From contig JBAXMJ010000002.1 in NCBI GenBank assembly GCA_037134355.1, positions 11,111 to 75,110 on the forward strand: a stretch of DNA of 64,000 nucleotides, written 5' to 3'. Position numbers and translations under genes: made by a program. This stretch comes from a bacterium (GTDB taxonomy: Bacteria > Verrucomicrobiota > Kiritimatiellia > CAIKKV01 > CAITUY01). Under the pieces are notes generated by a model. It made no database searches, was not told the DNA's origin, and saw only the letters and a program-made list of their open reading frames with translations. Shown here piece after piece: positions 36,401-45,554 of this stretch; positions within the stretch are counted from its first letter, which is position 1, and every line of letters starts with the position of its first letter.

Positions 36401-38032
36401 ATGAATTCAGCAACATGGAAGAAGCTGGAACATGCGGCGGATGCCCGTCTGAATCGCATGACATTGGACGAGAAGATCGGGCATTTGCTTTGCTGGGACG
36501 TGGTGGCGGCGCATTTGCGCCAGGATCCGGCCAAGGTCGTGGAGCTGACCGAGCGCTACCATCTCGGTTCGTTGTTCGTGTATGACTGGACGTCGGCGCA
36601 GATCAGCGCGCTGACCGCGGAACTGGATCGGCGTACGCCGGTGCCTGTCCTGATCTCGTCTGACCTCGAACACGGCGCCGGGCCGGCTATCCCGGACGGT
36701 GTCGAGTTCCCGTTCCAGATGGCGGTCGGTGCGGCGGATGACGAAGCGCTCGCCGAGACCATGGGGCGAGCGGCGGCGCGGCAGGGCGCGGCCGCGGGCG
36801 TGCAGTGGACCTACAGCCCGGTCGTGGACATCAACTACAACCGGCTGAATCCCATTGTCAACGTCCGGGCTTATGGCGATAACCATGAGCGTGTTGCGCG
36901 GCTGGCTGCGGCTGTGATTCGCGGCCTGCAGCGCGATGACCTGATGGCCGCCACGGCCAAGCACTTTCCGGGTGATGGCGTGGATGACCGTGACCAGCAC
37001 ATCTGCACCACGATCAATTCGTATTCGCTTGCCAAATGGCGGAAGACGTTCGGTAAGGTCTGGCAGCGCGTGATTCGCGAGGATGTCATGAGCATCATGG
37101 CAGGGCACATTGCGCTTCCTTGCGTGGACCCGGGTGAAGGTTTCGTTGGGGGTGTCCCGGCCACGCTGAGCCACAAGATCCAGGTGGAGTTCCTCAAGCA
37201 GGAATTGGGGTTCCGCGGCTGTCTGGTCTCCGACGCTATCCCGATGATCGGCATCAGTTCGCATGTGAAGGCGGACGAGTTGGCGGTGTGGAATGTCGCC
37301 ACGGGGTCGGATGTGGTGCTCTTTTGCGAACCGGCGCGGGATTTCCCCGCCTTGAAGCGCGCGGTGGAGACGGGCGTGATCACCGAGGCGCGGCTGCATG
37401 ACGCAGTCCGGCGTGTGCTGATCATGAAGGCGCGGCTTGGCTCGCTCGAGACCCGGCGCCAGGTGCCGGCTGTCAGTTCTGAGGAACTGGCCGTTTATCA
37501 GGGCGCCTCTCGTGCCATTGCGGACAAGGCGGTTACGTTGTCACGCAACATGGCCGGCATTGTGCCGCTGAGGTTAAACCCGGGCACCAAGGTCCTGACG
37601 ATCACCCTGAAGTACAATAGCGGGACTGGCCTTGGGCAGGATCAGGGTGAGCGCTACCGCGACCTGACGGTGGTGGATGAGGAATTGCGCCGGCGGGGGC
37701 TGGTGGTGGACCATGCGTGTAACGACATGTCGCTCGCCCGCAAGGATGACTATGAGGCGGTCTTCGTGAATGTGAAGATCGTGCCGCACTGCCTGGCCGG
37801 TACGGTGCGGATGGTGGGGCATTTGGCGTTCCAGTTCTGGAACTCCGTGTTGCCGGGGGCCCGGAATCTGGTGATCACGGCATTTGGCAATCCGTATCTG
37901 GCCGACGAGATTCCGTCCGCAAAGACGATGTTACTTATGTATGACTGTGGTCCGGATGCCCAGCGCGCCGCCGTGGCGACTTGGCTGGGAGAGCAGAGGG
38001 CAACGGGCCGGAGTCCGGTGGAACTGGACTAG
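36401..38032 (+). CDS. Glycoside hydrolase family 3 (beta-hexosaminidase/beta-glucosidase-like)
   Basis: 543 aa. RMTLDEKIGHLL N-terminus. KHFPGDG and VSDAIPM GH3 signatures. Confidence 0.8.
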   Translation: MNSATWKKLEHAADARLNRMTLDEKIGHLLCWDVVAAHLRQDPAKVVELTERYHLGSLFVYDWTSAQISALTAELDRRTPVPVLISSDLEHGAGPAIPDGVEFPFQMAVGAADDEALAETMGRAAARQGAAAGVQWTYSPVVDINYNRLNPIVNVRAYGDNHERVARLAAAVIRGLQRDDLMAATAKHFPGDGVDDRDQHICTTINSYSLAKWRKTFGKVWQRVIREDVMSIMAGHIALPCVDPGEGFVGGVPATLSHKIQVEFLKQELGFRGCLVSDAIPMIGISSHVKADELAVWNVATGSDVVLFCEPARDFPALKRAVETGVITEARLHDAVRRVLIMKARLGSLETRRQVPAVSSEELAVYQGASRAIADKAVTLSRNMAGIVPLRLNPGTKVLTITLKYNSGTGLGQDQGERYRDLTVVDEELRRRGLVVDHACNDMSLARKDDYEAVFVNVKIVPHCLAGTVRMVGHLAFQFWNSVLPGARNLVITAFGNPYLADEIPSAKTMLLMYDCGPDAQRAAVATWLGEQRATGRSPVELD

Positions 38033-38616
38033 TTGTTGCCGACCGAATTACCAATCCACGGGGACAGGTTATATAAAATAAAACCCAAATCCTCGCCTAA
38101 GAGGCCGACGACAGTGCATTTTCACCGGAATACCCTGTATTGACGCGGCTCAGCCGGGCCTACTCCGCCGGAGGGGCTACGAAGGCTGGAAGGCTTCGCC
38201 CTACCTGGAAATCTATACAAATCATCGATGTCTTCGGGTAGGGCGAGGCGTCCCTGCCGAGCCGCGTGGCTTGTTCAGCGAGAAGCGTGAGACGGGTGCG
38301 CGTCCGATGAAGGGGGCGGAGTATGGGGGACTGTGCACGGTTCGTCAGCTTCGGGTGGATGTCTATGGACATGGCGCGTCGGCGTAGCGGGTAGGGGCTG
38401 GAAAATCCTGCAGTGCGGATCTCAAGCGGCTGGTATCTATGTTCCTATTAGCCTGTCACCTTGTTCCTGTGGTTTACAAGGCCGGCACGTTCAATCCTTG
38501 ATTCTCAACTACCAGCGAACTATTCTCCATCCATCGGTGCATAAGGCGGTAAAAACACGAAGTCGCCACCTTTGCTACTCGTGTGGATAATACCCCGAAA
38601 GAATGGCAGTCATGCT

Positions 38617-39014
38617 ATGAAAAAAACAGCCACGCGTTCGGACAGCAAAGTGTTACCAGCCGTGCGCAAGCCTGTCCGTCTGTCTGCGCCAGTGCAGGTG
38701 GATGAGGCTACGCTCCTCGCCGATTTGCGCGGCCTTATTCAGTCCGCTCGCCAGCGCGTTGCTACCGTGGCAAACGCCACGACGACGATGCTCTGCTGGC
38801 ATGTCGGTTGCCGCCTCTTGAAGGACAACCTCGAGGATAGTCGTGCGGCTTACGGGAGCGAATTCTCGTGACAGTGTCACGAGAATTGACGGCTGAGTAT
38901 GGTCGTGGGTTCAGCTGCGCTGAAATAGCCCGCATGATTCAATTTTGCCAAGTTTTCCCTGATAAAGGAATTGTTGCGACGCTATCGCAAGAATTGAGCT
39001 GGAGAGAATTATGA
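38617..39014 (+). pseudogene. DUF1016 (YhcG-like) gene fragment: N-terminal domain only, frameshifted, truncated at the DUF2339 start
   Basis: Frame 1 reads MKKTATR..LADLRGLIQSARQRVATVANATTTMLCWHVGCRLL..RAAYGSEFS*. Frame 2 reads ..RELTAEYGRGFSCAEIARMIQFCQVFPDKGIVATLSQELSWREL*. This matches the DUF1016 N-domain, including the GFS and LSW(SHY) blocks. The frames are joined at a 13-bp perfect inverted duplication (AATTCTCGTGACA g TGTCACGAGAATT) at about 38862-38889. The PD-(D/E)xK nuclease domain is absent. Confidence 0.6.
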
Positions 39015-41428
39015 ATAGTGAAACGATGATCTGGTTGGTTGTGGCCATGGCGCTGGCGCTGGTTGTTGCGCCGATCATTTCGATGATCCTGGCCTTCAAG
39101 CTCCGGGGTGAGCAAAAGCGGCAGGCTGACGTGTTAGCCATTCTGCTGGCGCGCCGCGAGACGCCTCCCGTTCAACCGAAACCGGTCGTTCCGGTTCCGG
39201 CGCCGGTGATTCCTGTAACGCAACCCATGCCCGTTCAGAAGTCTGTTTTCGTTCCCCCGCCCATACCGAAGGAAAAACCGGCCTCCGTTCCTCCTTCGCT
39301 CATGCCCCCTCCAAAAGAGCCTAATGAATTCCAGACCAAGGCTACGGAGATCCTGCGCAAGATTTGGAACTGGATTGTGATCGGCGACGAATTTCGCCGA
39401 CCCGGTACATCGTGGGAATTCGCCGTGGCCACAAACTGGCTTCTGCGGGCGGGCATCGTCGTCGTGGTCGTCGGTGTCGGGTTTTTCCTCAAGTACTCCA
39501 TTGAGCATGGGATGCTGGGCCCTGAGGCCCGCGTGGCGTTAAGCGTCCTGACTGGCGTGGGTATGCTGGTCGTCGGCGTGAGGATGATCGGGAAGCCCTA
39601 CCAGCTGGTGGGGCAGGGGCTGATTGGCGGCGGTCTGGCGATCCTCTACTTCAGTATGTTTGCCGCCTGCAATTTCTACCACCTGATCGGAGCCCTCGCG
39701 GCCTTCGGTCTGATGGCGCTGGTGACACTGGTCGCCGGAACTCTGGCGGTGCGGCTGAACTCGTTGCTCGTCGCCGTGCTCGGCATCCTTGGCGGTTACG
39801 GGACGCCCGTGATGCTCAGCACCGGAGAAAAAAACTTTCCGGGCTTTTTCGGCTATATGCTCCTGTTGGGCATCGGCATTCTCGGTATTGCGCGGCGCCG
39901 GCACTGGCCCCTCCTGAATTACCTGGGTTTGGTGCTCACCTACGGTCTGGCGACTGCAGCAATCGCCAAGCAATATATCGCCACTGATTTCGTTGACGTC
40001 ATGCCCTTTCTCATCGGCTTCTTTGTTCTCTATGCTGCCGTGATGATCCTGCACAATCTGGCGCATGGCGTGAAGGCCGGTTTGCTGGAACTACTTGGCA
40101 TCATGGCCAATGCGGTGATGTTCTTCGGCCTGACCCACCGGGTGATCACGACCGGTTATCCTGAAAAGTTTGCGGCTTTTCCGGCCTTGGCGCTGGCGGT
40201 GTTTTTCATAGTACTCACACGGATTTTTCTGGCTGGAAAGCGGCGAGATCGCGGACTGCTCTACACGTTCCTGGCGCTGGCCGCACTGTTTACGGCCATG
40301 ACGCCTTCTCTGGCCCTGTCCAGACAGTGGATCACGACAAGCTGGGCATTGCAGGGCGTGGTGATGCTATGGCTGGCCGGCAAGATCGACAGCCGGTTCC
40401 TGCGCCTGCTTGGCTGTGCCGCGTGTTTGTTGTCGGTGGGGCGTCTCGCCTTCTGGGATATGCACCGGCAGTTTTCTGTGTGGCTGCCGCCGGACACCAC
40501 GTGGGTGGAGTACCTGAAGATTGCCGGTGAGCGGCTTCTGTCGATCGGTGTGCCTATCGCCTCGCTCGGAGCCGCGTGGAAATTCCTGCGACGGCCCCCG
40601 GCCTCGGGATCCCTTGCGGTGGCGCCGGAAAATGATCTGGCGTCAGATTCCTGGCAGGGTGCGGCCGGTGGCATTATCGCCGCACTGGCGTGCGGCGTTC
40701 TGTTTGTCTATGCCCACTTCGAACTGTACCGCACCTGCGGGTTTTTCTGGCCTGCCCTTTCGGTACCGGCTATGACGCTGGCGTGGTTCGCACTGGGTTT
40801 GTTCCTGTTGGCCGTGGCGCGGCAGGATGGCGCCAAGTGGGTTCCGCGGGCGCTTGGGCTTCTGTCGATCGGGTTGGTAATCAAGCTACTGGGGCTTGAT
40901 ATGGACGGTTGGCGGTTAAACCAAAACACCAGTTCCTGGTGTTATGGAGGCGACTATCTCCCCGGTCTTGCGCTGATCCGGTTTGTGGATTTTGGCTTAT
41001 GTATCGGCCTGCTCTCCCTGATCTTTTTCCAGTCGCGGGGGAATGAGCCGGGCCGCCGCGTCGGTCGAAGTGTCGGCATTGCCGCGCTGGTGCTGCTGTT
41101 CGTGTATTTGTCGCTGGAGATGAATACCGCGCTCGCCTGGTTTGTGCCGGGGCTGCGGGCAGGGGGTATCACGCTGCTCTGGGCGGCCTATGCGCTTACG
41201 CTGTTGCTCTTCGGTCTTGTCCGATCCGTTAAGGGGCTGCGCTATGCCGGCCTTCTGGGCTTCGTGGTAGTGGTCCTGAAGATATTCTTTTCGGATCTCG
41301 CGCACCTCGATGCGCTCTACAAGATCGTGGCGTTCATCGTCCTCGGCATCATGCTGCTCGGTGCCGCCTTTGTATACCTGAAGTACCGACAGCGATTCCA
41401 AACCCCGACGGAAGGAGATCCCTCTTGA
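39011..41428 (+). CDS. DUF2339-family polytopic membrane protein
   Basis: 805 aa. N-terminal TM helix, then a Pro-rich linker (PVVPVPAPVIPVTQPMPV...), then more than 20 predicted TM helices. 4-bp overlap with the downstream DUF3999-like gene. Confidence 0.7.
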   Translation: MNSETMIWLVVAMALALVVAPIISMILAFKLRGEQKRQADVLAILLARRETPPVQPKPVVPVPAPVIPVTQPMPVQKSVFVPPPIPKEKPASVPPSLMPPPKEPNEFQTKATEILRKIWNWIVIGDEFRRPGTSWEFAVATNWLLRAGIVVVVVGVGFFLKYSIEHGMLGPEARVALSVLTGVGMLVVGVRMIGKPYQLVGQGLIGGGLAILYFSMFAACNFYHLIGALAAFGLMALVTLVAGTLAVRLNSLLVAVLGILGGYGTPVMLSTGEKNFPGFFGYMLLLGIGILGIARRRHWPLLNYLGLVLTYGLATAAIAKQYIATDFVDVMPFLIGFFVLYAAVMILHNLAHGVKAGLLELLGIMANAVMFFGLTHRVITTGYPEKFAAFPALALAVFFIVLTRIFLAGKRRDRGLLYTFLALAALFTAMTPSLALSRQWITTSWALQGVVMLWLAGKIDSRFLRLLGCAACLLSVGRLAFWDMHRQFSVWLPPDTTWVEYLKIAGERLLSIGVPIASLGAAWKFLRRPPASGSLAVAPENDLASDSWQGAAGGIIAALACGVLFVYAHFELYRTCGFFWPALSVPAMTLAWFALGLFLLAVARQDGAKWVPRALGLLSIGLVIKLLGLDMDGWRLNQNTSSWCYGGDYLPGLALIRFVDFGLCIGLLSLIFFQSRGNEPGRRVGRSVGIAALVLLFVYLSLEMNTALAWFVPGLRAGGITLLWAAYALTLLLFGLVRSVKGLRYAGLLGFVVVVLKIFFSDLAHLDALYKIVAFIVLGIMLLGAAFVYLKYRQRFQTPTEGDPS

Positions 41429-42810
41429 AAAAAAGCCTGGTTACTCTCATTGCCCTGGTGCCCGGTTTCGGGCTTGCGGCCCTGAATCCTGATCATTTCA
41501 AGTTCGACCGGACGCTGGAAGGGGCCGCTCCCTTACGGACGGAAGCCGCCGCTGTGACACTGGATTCCGAGTTGCACCGGACGGCGTCCGACGGCTACAC
41601 CGATGTCCGCGTCATCGATGATCGCGGGGTGGAGATTCCCCGTGCCGTTGAGAAGGTTCTCATCAACGAGACGCGGATCGTTCACCGCACCGTTGGTTCG
41701 CGGGCGACGTCCGTAAAGGAGCTGCCCGGTAACCGGATTGAGGCTGAATTCGTTCTGGCCCGGCCTGAATACCGTGCGGATGGGTTTGATGTGGTTACGC
41801 CGTTGCATGATTTTGCACGGGCGGTGTCGGTCTCTGGCAGCAGGGATGGTGCGGTTTGGCAACCGCTGGCTCAAAACGCCGACATTTGCGACTACAGCCG
41901 GTATCTGGATGTGCGCCGGACAGAGGTGGTGCTCCCTGCGGGATCGGGGCCGAATTTCCGGATCGAGATTGGCAATGCATCGGAGGACCGGATCCAGCCG
42001 CTCGTTAAACTGGTGACTCAGAAAGGCGGTCAGGATTCAGGTGCTGAAATCCGAACGCAGGAATTGCTGCGCACCCCGTTCCGAATGGATGGCATTGCAT
42101 TCTGGAGAAATGATTCAGTGGTTGAAAATCAGCGGGAAGCTCTGCATGAATGGGACTTACCCGCGCCGGTGGTCGTGGAAAATATTCGCGAGAAAACGAC
42201 GGAAATCACCGTCGATACGGCGCGGTTACCCCTTAATCGGTTGATGCTGGTGAGTACGTCCCGGAACTTCAGCCGCACGGCCCGAGTTCAAATCCAGACG
42301 GTTGAGAACGGCGTGTCCCAGTGGCGCCCCCTGGCTGAGGCGCGGGTGCGGGATGTGGATCTGCCGGGATTTGTCCGTTCGGATGTGGAGATCGATTTCC
42401 CGGAGCAGCGAGCGCGCCAGTTGCGTGTGATAGTCCTGAATGGCGACAACCCGCCCCTGTCAGGGGTGCGGTTGCGCGGCTTCGGGCCTGTGTACCGGGT
42501 TCTGTTGCTGGTCGAACCGGGCCGGGCTTATCGCATGCTGTATGGGGGAGAAAATCTTCAGGCGCCGGTATATGATCTAGAAGCGGTGTTGACGCCGGTG
42601 CGGCAGGGGCTTCAGCCGACGGCGCGGACACTGGGGCCGTCCCGTGAGAATCCCGCCTATCGGCCTGCCCGGGTCGGCTTCGGCGCCTGGCTCAATAAGC
42701 CTGGGTTTTTGACCGGTGCCATTATCCTCGCCGCATTGGTTCTACTGATTGTGCTGGCTCGTTCGCTAAAACGGGTCGGCGGATCTCTGGACGGGGACGA
42801 TCAGCATTGA
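41425..42810 (+). CDS. DUF3999-family secreted/membrane-anchored protein (canonical partner of DUF2339)
   Basis: 461 aa. Signal peptide MKKSLVTLIALVPGFGLAALNP. C-terminal TM anchor FLTGAIILAALVLLIVLA. Translationally coupled to the DUF2339 gene. Confidence 0.6.
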   Translation: MKKSLVTLIALVPGFGLAALNPDHFKFDRTLEGAAPLRTEAAAVTLDSELHRTASDGYTDVRVIDDRGVEIPRAVEKVLINETRIVHRTVGSRATSVKELPGNRIEAEFVLARPEYRADGFDVVTPLHDFARAVSVSGSRDGAVWQPLAQNADICDYSRYLDVRRTEVVLPAGSGPNFRIEIGNASEDRIQPLVKLVTQKGGQDSGAEIRTQELLRTPFRMDGIAFWRNDSVVENQREALHEWDLPAPVVVENIREKTTEITVDTARLPLNRLMLVSTSRNFSRTARVQIQTVENGVSQWRPLAEARVRDVDLPGFVRSDVEIDFPEQRARQLRVIVLNGDNPPLSGVRLRGFGPVYRVLLLVEPGRAYRMLYGGENLQAPVYDLEAVLTPVRQGLQPTARTLGPSRENPAYRPARVGFGAWLNKPGFLTGAIILAALVLLIVLARSLKRVGGSLDGDDQH

Positions 42811-42844
42811 CAGGACCCGCCCGCTCTTTGCACACTTCCCGTCT

Positions 42845-43456
42845 ATGGCCGAAATGAATCTTCCAAATAAGATCACGGTCGGGCGTATCGGCCTGACGTT
42901 TGTGATGGCGGGCTTCCTGACGATGGGTATTCCCTACGGTAAGACCCTGGCTTTGATCACCTTCGGGTTGGCTGGGCTATCGGATTGGTTGGATGGGATG
43001 CTTGCGCGCCGGCTGGGAAAGATCACGATCTTTGGCCAACTCATGGATCCGCTGGCCGACAAAATTCTGGTTTGCGCCGCCTTTGTCAGTTTTGTGGCCA
43101 TCCATATGGTGCCCGCCTGGATTGTCATCACGATCATCAGCCGTGAATTTGTCGTCACCGGGTTGCGGCTACTGGCAAGCCAGCAGGGAAAAGTTCTTTC
43201 TGCCGGCCCCTGGGGCAAGCACAAGATGATCTGGCAGACCGTCACAATCGTCGTCATCATGCTTGGGGTTGCCTTGCAGGAGGAACTCCTTCCAGCCGTT
43301 CTGTCGGCGGCCGACCATGCCCGATTTATGCTGGAATTTCAGGTGTACTTCACCTCTGTAACGATGTTTTTGACCCATCTTGTGGCGGCCTTGACCGCAA
43401 TTTCGGGGGTGATCTATCTCTGGGATGGGCGCGATTTATATATGGAGCACACCTAA
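42845..43456 (+). CDS. pgsA: CDP-alcohol phosphatidyltransferase (CDP-diacylglycerol--glycerol-3-phosphate 3-phosphatidyltransferase-like)
   Basis: 203 aa. D-x2-DG-x2-AR ... G-x3-D-x3-D motif (SDWLDGMLARRLGKITIFGQLMDPLADKIL). Multiple TM helices. Confidence 0.8.
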   Translation: MAEMNLPNKITVGRIGLTFVMAGFLTMGIPYGKTLALITFGLAGLSDWLDGMLARRLGKITIFGQLMDPLADKILVCAAFVSFVAIHMVPAWIVITIISREFVVTGLRLLASQQGKVLSAGPWGKHKMIWQTVTIVVIMLGVALQEELLPAVLSAADHARFMLEFQVYFTSVTMFLTHLVAALTAISGVIYLWDGRDLYMEHT

Positions 43457-43993
43457 ATGGCACAGGATTGGAATATTAAGTCACGATCAACGGCCTGTGC
43501 GGGATGCCAGGCTGGGTTTACGGACGGGCAGCCCTATCACACCCGGCTCGTTTTTCAGGAGCATGATTATTCGCGCGGGGATTATTGCGAGGCCTGCTGG
43601 GCTCCTGAAATGGCGGCGAACCCGGGCTACAGCTCGTGGAAGGGATATTTCAAAATGCCGTCCGCCGAGCCGGATCGCCGGATCAAGAAGGAAACGGCGG
43701 AGACGTTGCTCCGGGAATTAATTGAAGGGGCTGACGCTTCCAAGACCAGCGTCATCTATATTCTGGCCGTCATGCTGGAACGGCAGCGAGTTCTGGTGGA
43801 GCGTGAGGTGAAGACCCTGGAAGATGGCTCACGCGTGGTGATCTACGAGCACAAGAAAACGGCGGAGACCTTTGCCATTACCGACCCCAAACTGAAGTTG
43901 ACCGAGCTGGATTCGGTGCAGCAGGATATTATGGCCTTATTGACGGGGTCGGGGCAGGGAGACGCCCCGGTGGCGGAGCCATGTTCGACCTGA
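43457..43993 (+). CDS. Hypothetical protein with an N-terminal CxxC...CxxC zinc-ribbon-like motif
   Basis: 178 aa. MAQDWNIKSRSTACAGCQAGF...DYCEACW. Starts 1 nt after the pgsA stop. 13-nt overlap with the next gene. No family recognised. Confidence 0.5.
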   Translation: MAQDWNIKSRSTACAGCQAGFTDGQPYHTRLVFQEHDYSRGDYCEACWAPEMAANPGYSSWKGYFKMPSAEPDRRIKKETAETLLRELIEGADASKTSVIYILAVMLERQRVLVEREVKTLEDGSRVVIYEHKKTAETFAITDPKLKLTELDSVQQDIMALLTGSGQGDAPVAEPCST

Positions 43994-45537
43994 AGATTAT
44001 CAACGGGATGGTATTGGACGGCACGGGGGCCCCGGCGGTCCGTGCGGATGTCGGGATTGTCGGGGATCGCATCACGGCCGTCGGTGATCTTGGCAAGGCT
44101 GAGGCTAAAAAGAGTCTTGATGCTGGCGCCCGGATGGTTTGTCCCGGTTTCATCGATGTCCATTCCCACTCCGACGCTTATCTCCTCATCGAGCCCTCTG
44201 CGACCAGCAAAGTGTATCAAGGGGTGACGACTGAGGTGATTGGTAACTGCGGAGCTTCGGCGGCGCCCCGTCTGGGTGACGCGCGAATGCCCTCGGATTG
44301 GCAGACGCATACTTATCCCGGGTCATGGAACACGCAGGTCGAATACCGGCGGTTGCTGGAGCAGGTAAAGCCGGCAGTCAATGTGGTTTCCCTGGTCGGG
44401 CATAATGTCCTGAGAGCGTCTGTGATGGGATACACGGGGCGGGCTGCCACGTCGGAAGAATTGACCGCCATGGAACGGCTACTCGAGCAGAGTCTGGACG
44501 ATGGAGGGCGGGGGTTGAGCTCGGGTCTGATTTATCCCCCCGGCATGTACGCCACGACGGAGGAAATCACAGCGCTGGCTCGTGTGGTGAAGAGGAAAGA
44601 AGGAATTTACACCTCCCACATGCGGAGCGAAAGCAGTCGGTTGATCGAGGCGCTTGAGGAAACCATCGGCGTGGGCCGCGCGACCGGGGTTCGCGTGCAG
44701 GTGTCGCATCTGAAGACGTCCGGGTCAGGAAACTGGCATTTGATTGATGCCGCGCTCCAGACCATCGAGCGGGCGCGCACTGCGGGTATTTCGGTGGCGG
44801 CGGACCGGTATCCCTACCTTTCCTCGTGTACCGAACTGGATGTCATTTTTCCGGATTGGGCCACGGAGGGCGGGCGTGATGCTGAACTGGCGAGATTGCG
44901 AGAGCCGGCCACCCGCGCCCGGCTGCGGGCAGAATTGATTGGGAATCGTTCCGAACGGTCCTGGGGTAGCATTACCATTGGATCCACGAGCGAAGAAAAC
45001 GCCCGATTCAGGGGGCGGCCCCTGGAGGAGGTGGCGGAAAGTCTGGGAATGGAGCCGGTCGATGCGGCGCTGTTCCTGATCGAGACCGATGCCTTGATGA
45101 CCAGCGCCTTCTTTCAGGGGATGTGTGAGGATAACCTGTGGAAAATTCTGGCCCAACCTTGGGTTATGATCGGATCCGATGCGTCGCTGCGGGCGCCCCG
45201 GGGTCCGCTGAGCCATGACTATCCCCATCCCCGTGCGTACGGCACATTCCCGAAAGTCATCCGTGCGGCGATGGACGGAAAAACGGTTCCGCTGGCGACG
45301 ACTGTGATGAAAATGACCTCATTGCCAGCAGGCCATTTCGGACTATCAGCCCGGGGTGAAATCCGGGTGGGCTATGGCGCGGATATTACGATTTTCGATC
45401 CTCAGTCCATCCGGGATGAAGCGACCTACAGTGACCCGCACCGGCTATCGGCCGGAATTTCCCATGTCCTGGTGAACGGGACGCCGGTCCTGGAAGACGG
45501 TCGTCTTACGGGGAAGCGCTCCGGCCAATGGTTGTGA
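43981..45537 (+). CDS. N-acyl-D-amino-acid deacylase (D-aminoacylase), amidohydrolase superfamily
   Basis: 518 aa. MFDLKIINGMVLDGTG..PGFIDVHSHSD metal-binding HxH motif. Typical D-aminoacylase length and N-terminal beta-sandwich. Confidence 0.8.
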   Translation: MFDLKIINGMVLDGTGAPAVRADVGIVGDRITAVGDLGKAEAKKSLDAGARMVCPGFIDVHSHSDAYLLIEPSATSKVYQGVTTEVIGNCGASAAPRLGDARMPSDWQTHTYPGSWNTQVEYRRLLEQVKPAVNVVSLVGHNVLRASVMGYTGRAATSEELTAMERLLEQSLDDGGRGLSSGLIYPPGMYATTEEITALARVVKRKEGIYTSHMRSESSRLIEALEETIGVGRATGVRVQVSHLKTSGSGNWHLIDAALQTIERARTAGISVAADRYPYLSSCTELDVIFPDWATEGGRDAELARLREPATRARLRAELIGNRSERSWGSITIGSTSEENARFRGRPLEEVAESLGMEPVDAALFLIETDALMTSAFFQGMCEDNLWKILAQPWVMIGSDASLRAPRGPLSHDYPHPRAYGTFPKVIRAAMDGKTVPLATTVMKMTSLPAGHFGLSARGEIRVGYGADITIFDPQSIRDEATYSDPHRLSAGISHVLVNGTPVLEDGRLTGKRSGQWL

Positions 45538-45554
45538 GAGGCTTACGGAAAGCC

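Noticed and set aside
38581-38589. Perfect DnaA box TGTGGATAA
   Set aside because: A single isolated box inside a pseudogene 5' region. No cluster, no AT-rich unwinding element and no dnaA/dnaN context.
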